From: Planctomycetota bacterium
GTDB lineage: Bacteria > Planctomycetota > UBA8108 > UBA1146
Assembly (NCBI GenBank): GCA_015664425.1
Contig: DQQH01000258.1
Span: forward strand, 9,359 to 73,358
Length of the DNA stretch: 64,000 nucleotides
Direction: 5' to 3'
A model generated the notes under the pieces. The model saw only the letters and a program-made list of their open reading frames with translations, made no database searches and was not told the DNA's origin. The position numbers and the translations under genes were made by a program. Shown here one piece after another: positions 1-8,171 of the stretch (positions are counted from its first letter, which is position 1; every line of letters starts with the position of its first letter).

Positions 1-2
1 GC

Positions 3-659
3 GGATTCGCCGCACGGGTACGGGCGATCGCCTTCTCGCCAGAGCGTACCGCACCGAAAGAATTACCAGGGTCCCTCGAGGAACTGGTCGATAGTCGCTG
101 GCGTGGCATGGTGGCGATCGCCGACCCACGTTTCGGGACCACCTCGAGTCACCTGGCAGCACTGCGATCGGTCTGGGGTGCTGACCGCTACCGCGACTGG
201 CTTCGCCAGCTCAGGGCAAACGATGTCCAGGTGGTCGCGTCCAATTCAGCGACACGCGATCGAGTGCTCTCGGGGGAGGCTTCCCTGGGGCTCACCGACA
301 CCGACGACATCGAGGTGGTCCGCCGACGGGGGGAGTCGATCTCCGCGAGTTTCTTTCCCGAGGGAGGCACCTTCCTGATGCCCAACACCGTCGCCGTCGT
401 CAGTGGCGCACCTCATCTCGAAAGAGCGAAAGTACTGGTCGACTATCTCCTCTCTGTCGAGGTCGAGGAACAACTCGCGGCCGGTCCTTCACGCCAGATC
501 CCTCTTCGTCGAGATGTTCGGGTTCCCCCAGGAGGTCTGTCACTCGACGCCCTGGTGCTCCTGGAAGTTTCCCTCGAGGAAGCGGCATCGGCCCTCCCCG
601 AGGCTGTCGATGAGGCGGAGAGGGCGCTGATCGATCCTCCCGACGGCGAGACTCGATGA
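3..659 (+). CDS. ABC transporter periplasmic substrate-binding protein, C-terminal part (iron(III)/thiamine-type family 1 SBP); 5' end lies outside the window
   Basis: Frame 0 is open from the window edge to the stop at 659. The translation resembles the C-lobe of FbpA/AfuA/TbpA-type SBPs. It is immediately followed (4-nt overlap) by the permease and ATPase genes. Confidence 0.6.
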   Translation, partial: GFAARVRAIAFSPERTAPKELPGSLEELVDSRWRGMVAIADPRFGTTSSHLAALRSVWGADRYRDWLRQLRANDVQVVASNSATRDRVLSGEASLGLTDTDDIEVVRRRGESISASFFPEGGTFLMPNTVAVVSGAPHLERAKVLVDYLLSVEVEEQLAAGPSRQIPLRRDVRVPPGGLSLDALVLLEVSLEEAASALPEAVDEAERALIDPPDGETR

Positions 660-2026
660 CAGCGATCGAGGTGGCCCTGCTCCTCGATACTCTTCTCCTG
701 GCGTGCCTTTCCGCGGCGCTGGCGACGATCGTGGGGGGCAGTTTTGCCCTTCTTCTCACCTCCTACAGGGTGCCCGCTCCTCGACTCCTGCAGCTGCTCC
801 TCTCCCTTCCCTTCCTGCTGCCTGCGGTGGTCCTGACCACGGAATTGCAGGCCCTGCTGGGAGCAACGGCCCTGCAGCCTCTCCTGCGCGGGATGACAGG
901 GGTGGTCTTCATCGAGGGAATGCGCTGGGCGCCACTGGTGATGTGGGGCGCCCTGGCGGCGATATCGGCGCTCCCCGCAGAGGAGGAGAGAGCGTTGCGC
1001 CTGCTTCCACCCGGGAGTGCTGCCCTGCGCACCCGGGCAGCCCGTGTTCGCGGGGTATTGCTCAGGATGGGAGCGCTGGTGGCGATCTTCTCGATGACGA
1101 TGACGGAGGTTGCCGGCTATGCCTCGGTGGAGACGATCGGCACCCGGATCGTCGCACGGATGACACTCGGCGAGGATCTCCAGGCGTGGTGGCTGGCGTG
1201 CGGGCTGGTGGTGGTGTCGCTGCCATTGTTGCTGGTGGTCGTAAGCAAGCTGCTGCAGCCGGGGGCTCTCGCCGTGCCGACGGTGGATGGCCGCGCTGGG
1301 CTCGCCACCGACAGCAGGGTGAACTTCTTGCTGTGGGTCTTCGGGAGTTTTCCCGCCCTGCTTCTCATCGCCATCGCAGTGACCGCAGTTCCGGAAGCGA
1401 GCACATCTCGTGAGGCGCTGGTCGAAATGGGTCGTTCCCTCGGTGGTGTCGCCATCGAATTTCCCAGAGTGCTCCTCGTCGGTGCCCTCGTCACCCTCAT
1501 CGGCTGGCGGCTGGCCGACGGCGGGCACTTGTGGTTCGCTGCTCTGTTGTTGATCCCCGCTCTCCTCCCTGCGAGTGTCGTTGGCATCGTCCTCGTCGAA
1601 CGGGTCCAGCCCCTCTTGCCCGCATCTCTCGACCGCTGGCCGATCCTGATGACCCTCGCCGGGATTCTCCGTTTCGCGGCGGTCGGAGTGGTGGTCGGCT
1701 TCATCGCCAGGGTGAGTCTTCCTGCCGCCGAGGAAAACGCTGCTCGGTTGCTGAAGCCGGCCGCTGGTCGCTGGTGTGTCCGGGGCCCGCGGGCGTTTAC
1801 TCTGCTGGCGGCTGGAGTGCTGATCGTCGCCCTGCTGGCCCTCGGTGAGGTGGAGAGTGGTTTGCTGTTGATCCCCGCCGGACACCCCTCACCCGCCCTC
1901 GAGTTGCACCAGCTGCTGCACTTCAGGCAGGATGAGCAGGCTGGGCGACTTTCTCTGGCCCTCGCCATCGGCGGTGGGGGGTTGGCGCTGGTCCTGGTGC
2001 CACTGGCATCGAGGAGGAAGAGATGA
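656..2026 (+). CDS. ABC transporter permease with two transmembrane domains, FbpB/ThiP-like
   Basis: 456 aa and very hydrophobic with many predicted TM helices. Start overlaps the SBP stop and stop overlaps the ATPase start, indicating translational coupling. Confidence 0.7.
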   Translation: MTAIEVALLLDTLLLACLSAALATIVGGSFALLLTSYRVPAPRLLQLLLSLPFLLPAVVLTTELQALLGATALQPLLRGMTGVVFIEGMRWAPLVMWGALAAISALPAEEERALRLLPPGSAALRTRAARVRGVLLRMGALVAIFSMTMTEVAGYASVETIGTRIVARMTLGEDLQAWWLACGLVVVSLPLLLVVVSKLLQPGALAVPTVDGRAGLATDSRVNFLLWVFGSFPALLLIAIAVTAVPEASTSREALVEMGRSLGGVAIEFPRVLLVGALVTLIGWRLADGGHLWFAALLLIPALLPASVVGIVLVERVQPLLPASLDRWPILMTLAGILRFAAVGVVVGFIARVSLPAAEENAARLLKPAAGRWCVRGPRAFTLLAAGVLIVALLALGEVESGLLLIPAGHPSPALELHQLLHFRQDEQAGRLSLALAIGGGGLALVLVPLASRRKR

Positions 2027-2679
2027 CAGCGGAGCGCCTGGCCGTGAAGGGGCTCATCGTCCGGCGCGGCAATTTCATCGTTGGCCCCGTCGATCTCCAT
2101 CTGACGGCGGGAACTGTCGGTGTGGTGGTCGGCGACAATGGCAGCGGCAAGTCGACGCTGCTGCTCGCCCTGGCGGGGCTCATCACCGTCGAGGAGGGGA
2201 TCGTTACCCTCGATGGCAGCATCGTCGAGGGCGCGGGGAGTCGCGTCGATCCCTGGCGCAGAGGGATCGCCATCCTGCAGCAGAGCAGTGGCCTGTGGCC
2301 GCACCTCTCCCTGCGTCAGCAGTGCCGACTGGTCGCCGGAAGTGACGGCTTCGACGGGGCTGGAATCACCGCCTGCGCCGACAGGCTGGCCCTCGTCGAT
2401 CTTCTCGATCGAAAGCCGACCGACCTCTCGGGAGGAGAAGCGCAGAGGGGGGAACTGCTGCGGACCCTCGCCTCGGGGGCGAGGTTGATCCTCGCTGATG
2501 AGCCTTTCAGTGGCCAGCACCCCGCTGGGGTCGAGAAGATGGAGGATGAGTTCCGTCGAGCCACTGCGGCAGGTCGCAGCGTGTTGATCGCTTCTCACCG
2601 GGATGATGGCGATCGGGTCCTGCTCCGCCTCGGAGGTCCTCGACGGCAGGATCGCGAGTTCAGTTCTCCTGGTCCTTGA
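2023..2679 (+). CDS. ABC transporter ATP-binding protein (short form, no C-terminal regulatory domain)
   Basis: Walker A GDNGSGKST, ABC signature LSGGEAQRG and Walker B ILADEP are all present. Confidence 0.8.
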   Translation: MTAERLAVKGLIVRRGNFIVGPVDLHLTAGTVGVVVGDNGSGKSTLLLALAGLITVEEGIVTLDGSIVEGAGSRVDPWRRGIAILQQSSGLWPHLSLRQQCRLVAGSDGFDGAGITACADRLALVDLLDRKPTDLSGGEAQRGELLRTLASGARLILADEPFSGQHPAGVEKMEDEFRRATAAGRSVLIASHRDDGDRVLLRLGGPRRQDREFSSPGP

Positions 2680-3385
2680 CGAAGCGGCCGTCGACCATCG
2701 TCAGCCGGCGGTCGGCGCGAGCGGCCAGGTAGGGATCATGGGTGACCGTCAGGATCGTTGTTCCGAGGGTCTTGCTGAGGGTTTTGAAGAGTCGATGAAT
2801 CTTCTCGCTCGTCACCGAGTCGAGGTTGCCGCTCGGTTCATCGCAGAGCAGCAATGCCGGGTCGTTCATCAGGCCCCGAGCGATGGCGACCCGCTGCCGC
2901 TCACCCCCGGAGAGTGTGTTGGGGGCCTGCTTCTCCCGGCCCGTGAGGCCGACATGTTCGATCAACTCCCTGGCCCGTGCCTCCAGCTGCCTTCGTTCCC
3001 TGCGGAAATCGGAGGAGGAGCGGGAGACCATCGCCGGAAGAAGAACATTTTCGAGCAGATCGAGATCGGGCAGGAGGTGGAAGAACTGGAAAACAAAACC
3101 GATGAATCGACTTCTGAGAGCCGCCCGTTCGTTTTCCGTCAGGGTGCTCGCCTCGATGACACGATCTTCTGTGTGGTAGAAGATCTTCCCCGCCGAAGGG
3201 GTGTCGAGGAGGCCGAGGAGATTCAGCAGGGTGCTCTTGCCGACACCCGAGAGGCCGAGAACGGCGACCATCTCGCCTTTCTCGACGTGCAGATCGATGC
3301 CCCGGAGGACCTTCAGCTCGACACCCTGGCTGCTGAAGTGGCGGTGCAGCCCGGTTGCCTCGATGACGGTGGGTTTCTCATTCAT
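2660..3385 (-). CDS. LolD/MacB-type ABC transporter ATP-binding protein
   Basis: Walker A GLSGVGKST, LSGGERQR signature and Walker B LLLCDEPSGNLD. The 3' end overlaps the 5' end of the permease gene upstream on the same strand. Confidence 0.8.
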   Translation of the reverse strand: MNEKPTVIEATGLHRHFSSQGVELKVLRGIDLHVEKGEMVAVLGLSGVGKSTLLNLLGLLDTPSAGKIFYHTEDRVIEASTLTENERAALRSRFIGFVFQFFHLLPDLDLLENVLLPAMVSRSSSDFRRERRQLEARARELIEHVGLTGREKQAPNTLSGGERQRVAIARGLMNDPALLLCDEPSGNLDSVTSEKIHRLFKTLSKTLGTTILTVTHDPYLAARADRRLTMVDGRFVKDQEN

Positions 3386-4799
3386 GGTGCAACGCCTCGA
3401 TCGGGTCTCGCTTTGCTGCCCACATCGCAGGAATTATGCTGCCGAGGAATCCAAAGGAGAGGGTCGGCACCAGCACCAGCAGGTAGTCCTGCCATGAGAG
3501 AACGGCGGGGATTTTGCTGAGATAGTAGACGTCGGGTGGGAAGAGCCGCCGGCCGGTCAAGTCGTAGATCCCGTCGTGGACGGCGTTGATGTTCTCGACC
3601 AGCAACCAGCCCAGGGTCGATCCGAGGAGGACGCCACTGACGCACAGCAGCAGCCCCTGCCCGAGAAAGAGCCGGATGACGCCGTTGCGTGTCGCCCCCA
3701 GCGATCGAAGAACGCCGATGTCACGGGTCTTCTCGATTCCCATCAGGGTCAGGATGAGGAAGATCATGCCGCTGGCAAAGGCGATCACCAGCATCATCAT
3801 CGTCGCGACGATGCGTTTCTCGATGTCGACCGCCTGCAGGAGCGTCGATCGTTGCTGCTCCCATGTCATGACGAGGATTGGCCGGTCGGGAAGTATCTCT
3901 GCCCCCGGGTTATCACGGTCATCGGCGATTCTCTTCCGGATCCTCTTGTCGATCAGATCACTGACCCCAGAGGCGTTGCGGTAGTCATCGATCTTGACCG
4001 CGATCCCCGAGATTCGAGAATCGCCCGTCTCGTCCTCCCACAGATCGAGGAACTCCTGGACCGCACGGATGTCGGCGTAGATCCAGCGCAGGTCCTGTTC
4101 GTAGGTGCCGCTCTGGAAGGCACCGGTGACGATGAAGTTCTGGACCACAGGCTCCAGGGTGACGGGGGAGTAGGAGGAGAGCTGAACCACCTCACCGAGT
4201 TGCAGTCGGTAGTGGCGTAGGGCTTCGATGCCAACGATCAGAGCCTGCGGGGGGGACTCGCCGGAGAATCCACTTTCGTCTGTCCCGTTGCCCAGTCGGC
4301 GGAGCATTTGCCGTCTGCGGTGGATGGAGAAGAACTCGCTGACCTCCGAGGAGAGCATCGGCTCGCGGTCGTCGGGCAACGAGGCGAAGGAATTGGCACG
4401 CAGATTCCTGATTTCGCTGTCGCGAAGAACGTAACGCTGGAATTCCCCCACCTCGCACTCCAGTTCCGGGACGATCCCGCGCAACTGGCAGTAGTCGAGG
4501 CCCTGGGACTTGTAGATGGCGAGGCTCTCGATGAAGGGCGCCGAGGCCTCGACGTGATCGACCGCTCCGATCTCATCGAGGAGCAGATCCTCGCCAACCA
4601 TTCCCTGTTGGGGACCACCGACCACCGTGATGTGGGAGAGGGAACCACGAATCCGTTCGCGCATCTCGTCCTTGAATCCTCCCATCACCGCCAGAACGGA
4701 GATCAGCGCGAAGACACCGAAAGCGACACCGAGTACCGCGGCGTATGGGATCACGCGCCTTAACAGGTACCTACGGGTGAGGAATGGGTGGTATCGCAC
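3378..4799 (-). CDS. LolC/LolE (FtsX-like) family ABC transporter permease
   Basis: 473 aa with an N-terminal TM helix, a large periplasmic domain and C-terminal FtsX-like TM helices. Operon partner of the LolD-like ATPase. Confidence 0.75.
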   Translation of the reverse strand: MRYHPFLTRRYLLRRVIPYAAVLGVAFGVFALISVLAVMGGFKDEMRERIRGSLSHITVVGGPQQGMVGEDLLLDEIGAVDHVEASAPFIESLAIYKSQGLDYCQLRGIVPELECEVGEFQRYVLRDSEIRNLRANSFASLPDDREPMLSSEVSEFFSIHRRRQMLRRLGNGTDESGFSGESPPQALIVGIEALRHYRLQLGEVVQLSSYSPVTLEPVVQNFIVTGAFQSGTYEQDLRWIYADIRAVQEFLDLWEDETGDSRISGIAVKIDDYRNASGVSDLIDKRIRKRIADDRDNPGAEILPDRPILVMTWEQQRSTLLQAVDIEKRIVATMMMLVIAFASGMIFLILTLMGIEKTRDIGVLRSLGATRNGVIRLFLGQGLLLCVSGVLLGSTLGWLLVENINAVHDGIYDLTGRRLFPPDVYYLSKIPAVLSWQDYLLVLVPTLSFGFLGSIIPAMWAAKRDPIEALHHE

Positions 4800-5198
4800 A
4801 ATCGTTCCGATCTGGGTGGACGTGGATCCGACTGGAGAGTGTACCTATCCTCAATGGTGTGAGGATGCAAGGATTGACAACTCCCCCTTCGGGGTCGCGG
4901 TATTCTCACAACCCATTTATTCTCACGAACTTGGGGGAGTGCTTATTTTCCTGTCATTCCGTTGAGAGGTTGCGCCTGAGTTACGGAATCGCTGTCGAAA
5001 GTAGGGATCCCTCGATAAAATAGGGGCGCCGGGTCGAGAGAACTGGCCAGCGAGTCCACGGTCCCAGAAGTTTTTGATCCCGATCGAAAGATCCGGCCTT
5101 CCAGGCCCTTGAAGCCTCTTCAGAACAAGGGCTTTCGAGTCGATGCCTGCCTGGACTGAACCCCTTTTTAGACCCGAATCACGGGAGAGGGAGTGCCG

Positions 5199-6287
5199 AT
5201 GCAAATCCGAGAGATTTCCGTCGAAGACTACGAGAAGGTTGTCGTCGCAGAGGACAAACCCTCCGGCCTGCACGCCATCATCGCGATTCACGACACCACT
5301 CTCGGCCCTGCTCTCGGGGGTCTGAGGATGTGGAATTACGCCGATGAGGAAGAGGCGCTCAACGACGTCCTGCGCCTGGCCAAGGGGATGACCTACAAGA
5401 GCGCCTGTGCGAACACCGGCCTGGGCGGCGGCAAGGCGGTGATCATCGGGGATCCCAACAACGACAAAACAGAGGAGAGATTTCGCGCCATGGGGCGCTT
5501 TGTCGAGAGCCTTGGCGGCAAGTACATCACTGCAGAGGATGTGGGGGTTCGAATCGAGGAACTCGAGTGGATCCGCTCCGAGACGCGCTACGTGACCGGA
5601 CTCTCTCGCAAGTCCGGATCGAGCGGGAATCCGTCTCCCTTCACCGCCAGAGGCGTCATGAGGGGGTTGCGGGCCTGCGTCGAGGAGGCGTTCGGAACCA
5701 GCCGCCTCGACAACTTCCACTACGCGGTCCAGGGTCTCGGCCAGGTGGGCGGCGACGTCGCCCGGGGGCTCTCGATGCTCGGTGCCTGGGTCACCGTCAC
5801 CGACATCGATGAGAATAAACTCGAGGAGTACACCGCCCTGCCAGGGATCGAGAGTGTCCCTCTCGATGAGATCTACGATGTCGATTGCGATGTTTTCATG
5901 CCCTGCGCCCTCGGGGGTATTCTCGATGGGGAGACGATCCCCCGCCTGAAAGCCAAGGTCGTCGCCGGTTGTGCCAACAACCAGCTCCTCGGGTCCGAGG
6001 ATGGGGATCATCTCCATAAACGGGGCATCCTCTACGCCCCTGATTTCGTGATCAACGCCGGTGGAATTATCAACGTCTCGATGGAAATCCGTCCGAACGG
6101 GTACGACGAGCGACTGGCAGTGGCCCAGATCGAGAACATCTACACCGCGCTCAAGGTGATTTTCGAAACCTCCCGTCGCGATGAAGTGACGCCGACGATT
6201 GCTGCTGAGAGAGTTGCCGAAAAACGCCTGAGGGAAGCACGCGAGCGCAACGGCAAACCGGTGGCAGATTCGGCCCCGACGCCGTGA
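5199..6287 (+). CDS. ldh: Leucine dehydrogenase (Glu/Leu/Phe/Val dehydrogenase family)
   Basis: N-terminus MQIREISVEDYEKVVV...GLHAIIAIHDTTLGPALGG closely matches Bacillus LeuDH. GGGK catalytic motif and Rossmann fold GLGQVG are present. RBS GGGAGAGGGA lies upstream of the ATG at 5199; the listed ORF starts 6 nt earlier at a GTG. Confidence 0.85.
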   Translation: MQIREISVEDYEKVVVAEDKPSGLHAIIAIHDTTLGPALGGLRMWNYADEEEALNDVLRLAKGMTYKSACANTGLGGGKAVIIGDPNNDKTEERFRAMGRFVESLGGKYITAEDVGVRIEELEWIRSETRYVTGLSRKSGSSGNPSPFTARGVMRGLRACVEEAFGTSRLDNFHYAVQGLGQVGGDVARGLSMLGAWVTVTDIDENKLEEYTALPGIESVPLDEIYDVDCDVFMPCALGGILDGETIPRLKAKVVAGCANNQLLGSEDGDHLHKRGILYAPDFVINAGGIINVSMEIRPNGYDERLAVAQIENIYTALKVIFETSRRDEVTPTIAAERVAEKRLREARERNGKPVADSAPTP

Positions 6288-6682
6288 ACCCGCCGGCGTC
6301 TCCAGCGGGGGAGTCCCTGCCACGTGGGGCCCGGCTGCTCAACAGAAACGACTTCCGGCATGTCTTCCGCGGCGGTCGGAGGTGTCGATCCTCCCACCTT
6401 CATCTGGTTCTTCTGGAGAACTCCCTGGGGTATTCCCGCATCGGGCTGGCGGTCAGCCGCAAGGTCGGCGGGTCGGTCGTTCGAAATCTCATCAAGCGTC
6501 GCCTTCGAGAGCTGTTCAGGAGGAACCGCGAGCTGCTGAAGAAGGGCACCGATGTCGTCGTGATTCCCCAGCCGGGGGTCGATGGTCTGACCTTCCAGCA
6601 ACTCGCCGATGATTTTCTCGGACTGCTCTCGAGGACGTTTGCGGCGGAATCTTCCCACCCCCGGGGGGAGCCCACCCGGTGA
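6284..6682 (+). CDS. rnpA: Ribonuclease P protein component
   Basis: RnpA hallmarks [12 protein letters not shown]...[25 protein letters not shown]. The ATG overlaps the ldh stop (ATGA). Confidence 0.8.
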   Translation: MNPPASPAGESLPRGARLLNRNDFRHVFRGGRRCRSSHLHLVLLENSLGYSRIGLAVSRKVGGSVVRNLIKRRLRELFRRNRELLKKGTDVVVIPQPGVDGLTFQQLADDFLGLLSRTFAAESSHPRGEPTR

Positions 6683-6930
6683 CCGGGGTTCCGCCGTCGG
6701 TTTCTCTCGCCGCCCGGGCTCTGATCGCCCTTGTCAGCGTCTATCGTCGCTTGATCTCGCCCCTCCTTCCGCCCCTCTGCCGCTTCCAGCCGAGTTGTTC
6801 CGAGTATGCTCTCGAGGCTCTGCGCCTCAGAGGAGCGGGTAAGGGGCTGATCCTGACGATCTGGCGCCTTCTCCGCTGCCACCCTTTCAGCCGCGGCGGC
6901 CACGACCCGGTTCCTCCCCCTCAGCACTGA
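6679..6930 (+). CDS. yidD: Membrane protein insertion efficiency factor YidD
   Basis: Signature [46 protein letters not shown]. Start overlaps the rnpA stop. Confidence 0.85.
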   Translation: MTGVPPSVSLAARALIALVSVYRRLISPLLPPLCRFQPSCSEYALEALRLRGAGKGLILTIWRLLRCHPFSRGGHDPVPPPQH

Positions 6931-7082
6931 ATTTCGTCGCCTTCGGGGAACACGCCATTGCCTGGCTCCGTTATGCTATGTAAAGTATAAAGTACATCAG
7001 CGGAGACGCCCGCACGAGAGGTCGGAAAGTGAGAAGGAAAGCATTTTCAGGAGCCCTGCTGGGGGCTGCGCCGGGGGGAGAG

Positions 7083-7355
7083 ATGGCGATGGTTCCGGAG
7101 AAAGAGGTCGACCGCTCCTCCCCCGTCCCGCGCAAGCTCTACAAGACCGGGGAGATCATGGCTCACACCGGGATTTCCCGGCAGACCCTCCACAACTACA
7201 CCCTCTTTGGCCTGATCAGGGAAGAGGAGCGGACCCCTTCGGGGCATCGTCTCTACGCTGAGGAGGTCTTCATCCGTCTGGCGAAGATCAACGACCTGAA
7301 GGAAAAACTCAGCCTCAGGGAGATCAAAGAGATGGTCGAGAAGGGGAGAATCTGA
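7083..7355 (+). CDS. Small MerR-family helix-turn-helix DNA-binding protein
   Basis: MerR-type HTH YKTGEIMAHTGISRQTLHNYTLFGLI...PSGHRLY with a short C-terminal helix. The start is uncertain; the ORF opens at a GTG at 7029, and the internal ATGs at 7083 or 7089 are more likely. Confidence 0.55.
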   Translation: MAMVPEKEVDRSSPVPRKLYKTGEIMAHTGISRQTLHNYTLFGLIREEERTPSGHRLYAEEVFIRLAKINDLKEKLSLREIKEMVEKGRI

Positions 7356-7518
7356 TGGAAATACTCGACTCAGGCTTGACCACGCTTCTTCTCATCCTCG
7401 CCCTTCTGTGCTTCCTGATCCCGCAACGCAATCGCAGAAAAAGCCCCGTCCAGGGGGTCTCCACCCCTCGTTCTCCTGGCTTCGGAGTCAGACGAGACAG
7501 CGAATCGAGGGGGAGTTG
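7354..7518 (+). CDS. Possible 54-aa single-pass membrane micro-protein; falls below the ORF-track cutoff
   Basis: ATG overlaps the MerR-like stop (TGATG). Translation MEILDSGLTTLLLILALLCFLIPQRNRRK... has one clear TM helix followed by a basic patch. Coordinates are +/-1. Confidence 0.3.
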
Positions 7519-7580
7519 ACCCTCACCACTTCTTCCCCTCGCAAGCCGTGGGGGTTTTCAGCAATTGAAGGAGACGGACG

Positions 7581-8030
7581 ATGACGACAATCGACCCGCG
7601 TGATGATGCGAGAAGGCTCCGCGACGGATTGCGGCGCCAGAGAGAGATCTACAGCGAACTCTACAACCTCTTCGAACAGACGCTCCTGGAGGGCGCCGAT
7701 GACCTCTTGAACTGGGTGTTCGCCAGCGAGGACGTGGTCAATCGGGCAGCAGTCGTCGACGCAGAGATCGACGAGGTCAAGGAGCGCTGGGAGACCCAGA
7801 GGAAAGATGTTCCCGACGCCCTCATCGCCGAGGTCCGTCTCGAGCGCGACCTTCTCCACCAGAACCTCCAGGACCTCCAGCGGATGCAAGAAAAGCAGTT
7901 GCAGCGCATATCGATGGGTTTCGAGGAGAAGAGCGAGAGGGTCAGAAAGGCCGAGGGACAGCGTCGGATCCAGGAGGTCTACGGTGCCTCTCCGGCGGTT
8001 TCAAACCGGTTCAGCGGCCACCTCGACTGA
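7581..8030 (+). CDS. Hypothetical coiled-coil protein (FlgN-like in size and charge)
   Basis: Good RBS AAGGAG 8 nt upstream of the ATG. 149 aa, helical and charged, with no recognisable catalytic motif. Confidence 0.5.
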   Translation: MTTIDPRDDARRLRDGLRRQREIYSELYNLFEQTLLEGADDLLNWVFASEDVVNRAAVVDAEIDEVKERWETQRKDVPDALIAEVRLERDLLHQNLQDLQRMQEKQLQRISMGFEEKSERVRKAEGQRRIQEVYGASPAVSNRFSGHLD

Positions 8031-8171
8031 GTCCGTGGGAACCAGGGTGTGGCTGCCAACCCCGGAGTATCTTGCAAATGCCAGTGTGCTACCCTTCCCA
8101 GCCTGACTGACTCGCATGGCTCGACCTGGCACTGGACCTGCCAGAGGTTTCGCGGGAAGGAAGTTCTCGAA

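Noticed and set aside
443-2598. Two long minus-strand ORFs (443..1885 and 1117..2598) opposite the ABC permease and ATPase genes
   Set aside because: Both are antisense to genes with clear Walker and permease features. Their composition is Arg-, Ser- and Pro-rich junk typical of GC-rich antisense frames.
6284-6300. An rpmH (L34) gene upstream of rnpA
   Set aside because: There is no small Arg- and Lys-rich ORF. The space is fully occupied by the ldh coding region, which overlaps the rnpA start.
4923-6323. 466-aa minus-strand ORF covering the leucine dehydrogenase gene
   Set aside because: The plus-strand frame has unmistakable LeuDH homology and an RBS. Long antisense ORFs are expected by chance at about 65% GC, and the translation is Arg-, Pro- and Gly-rich low complexity.
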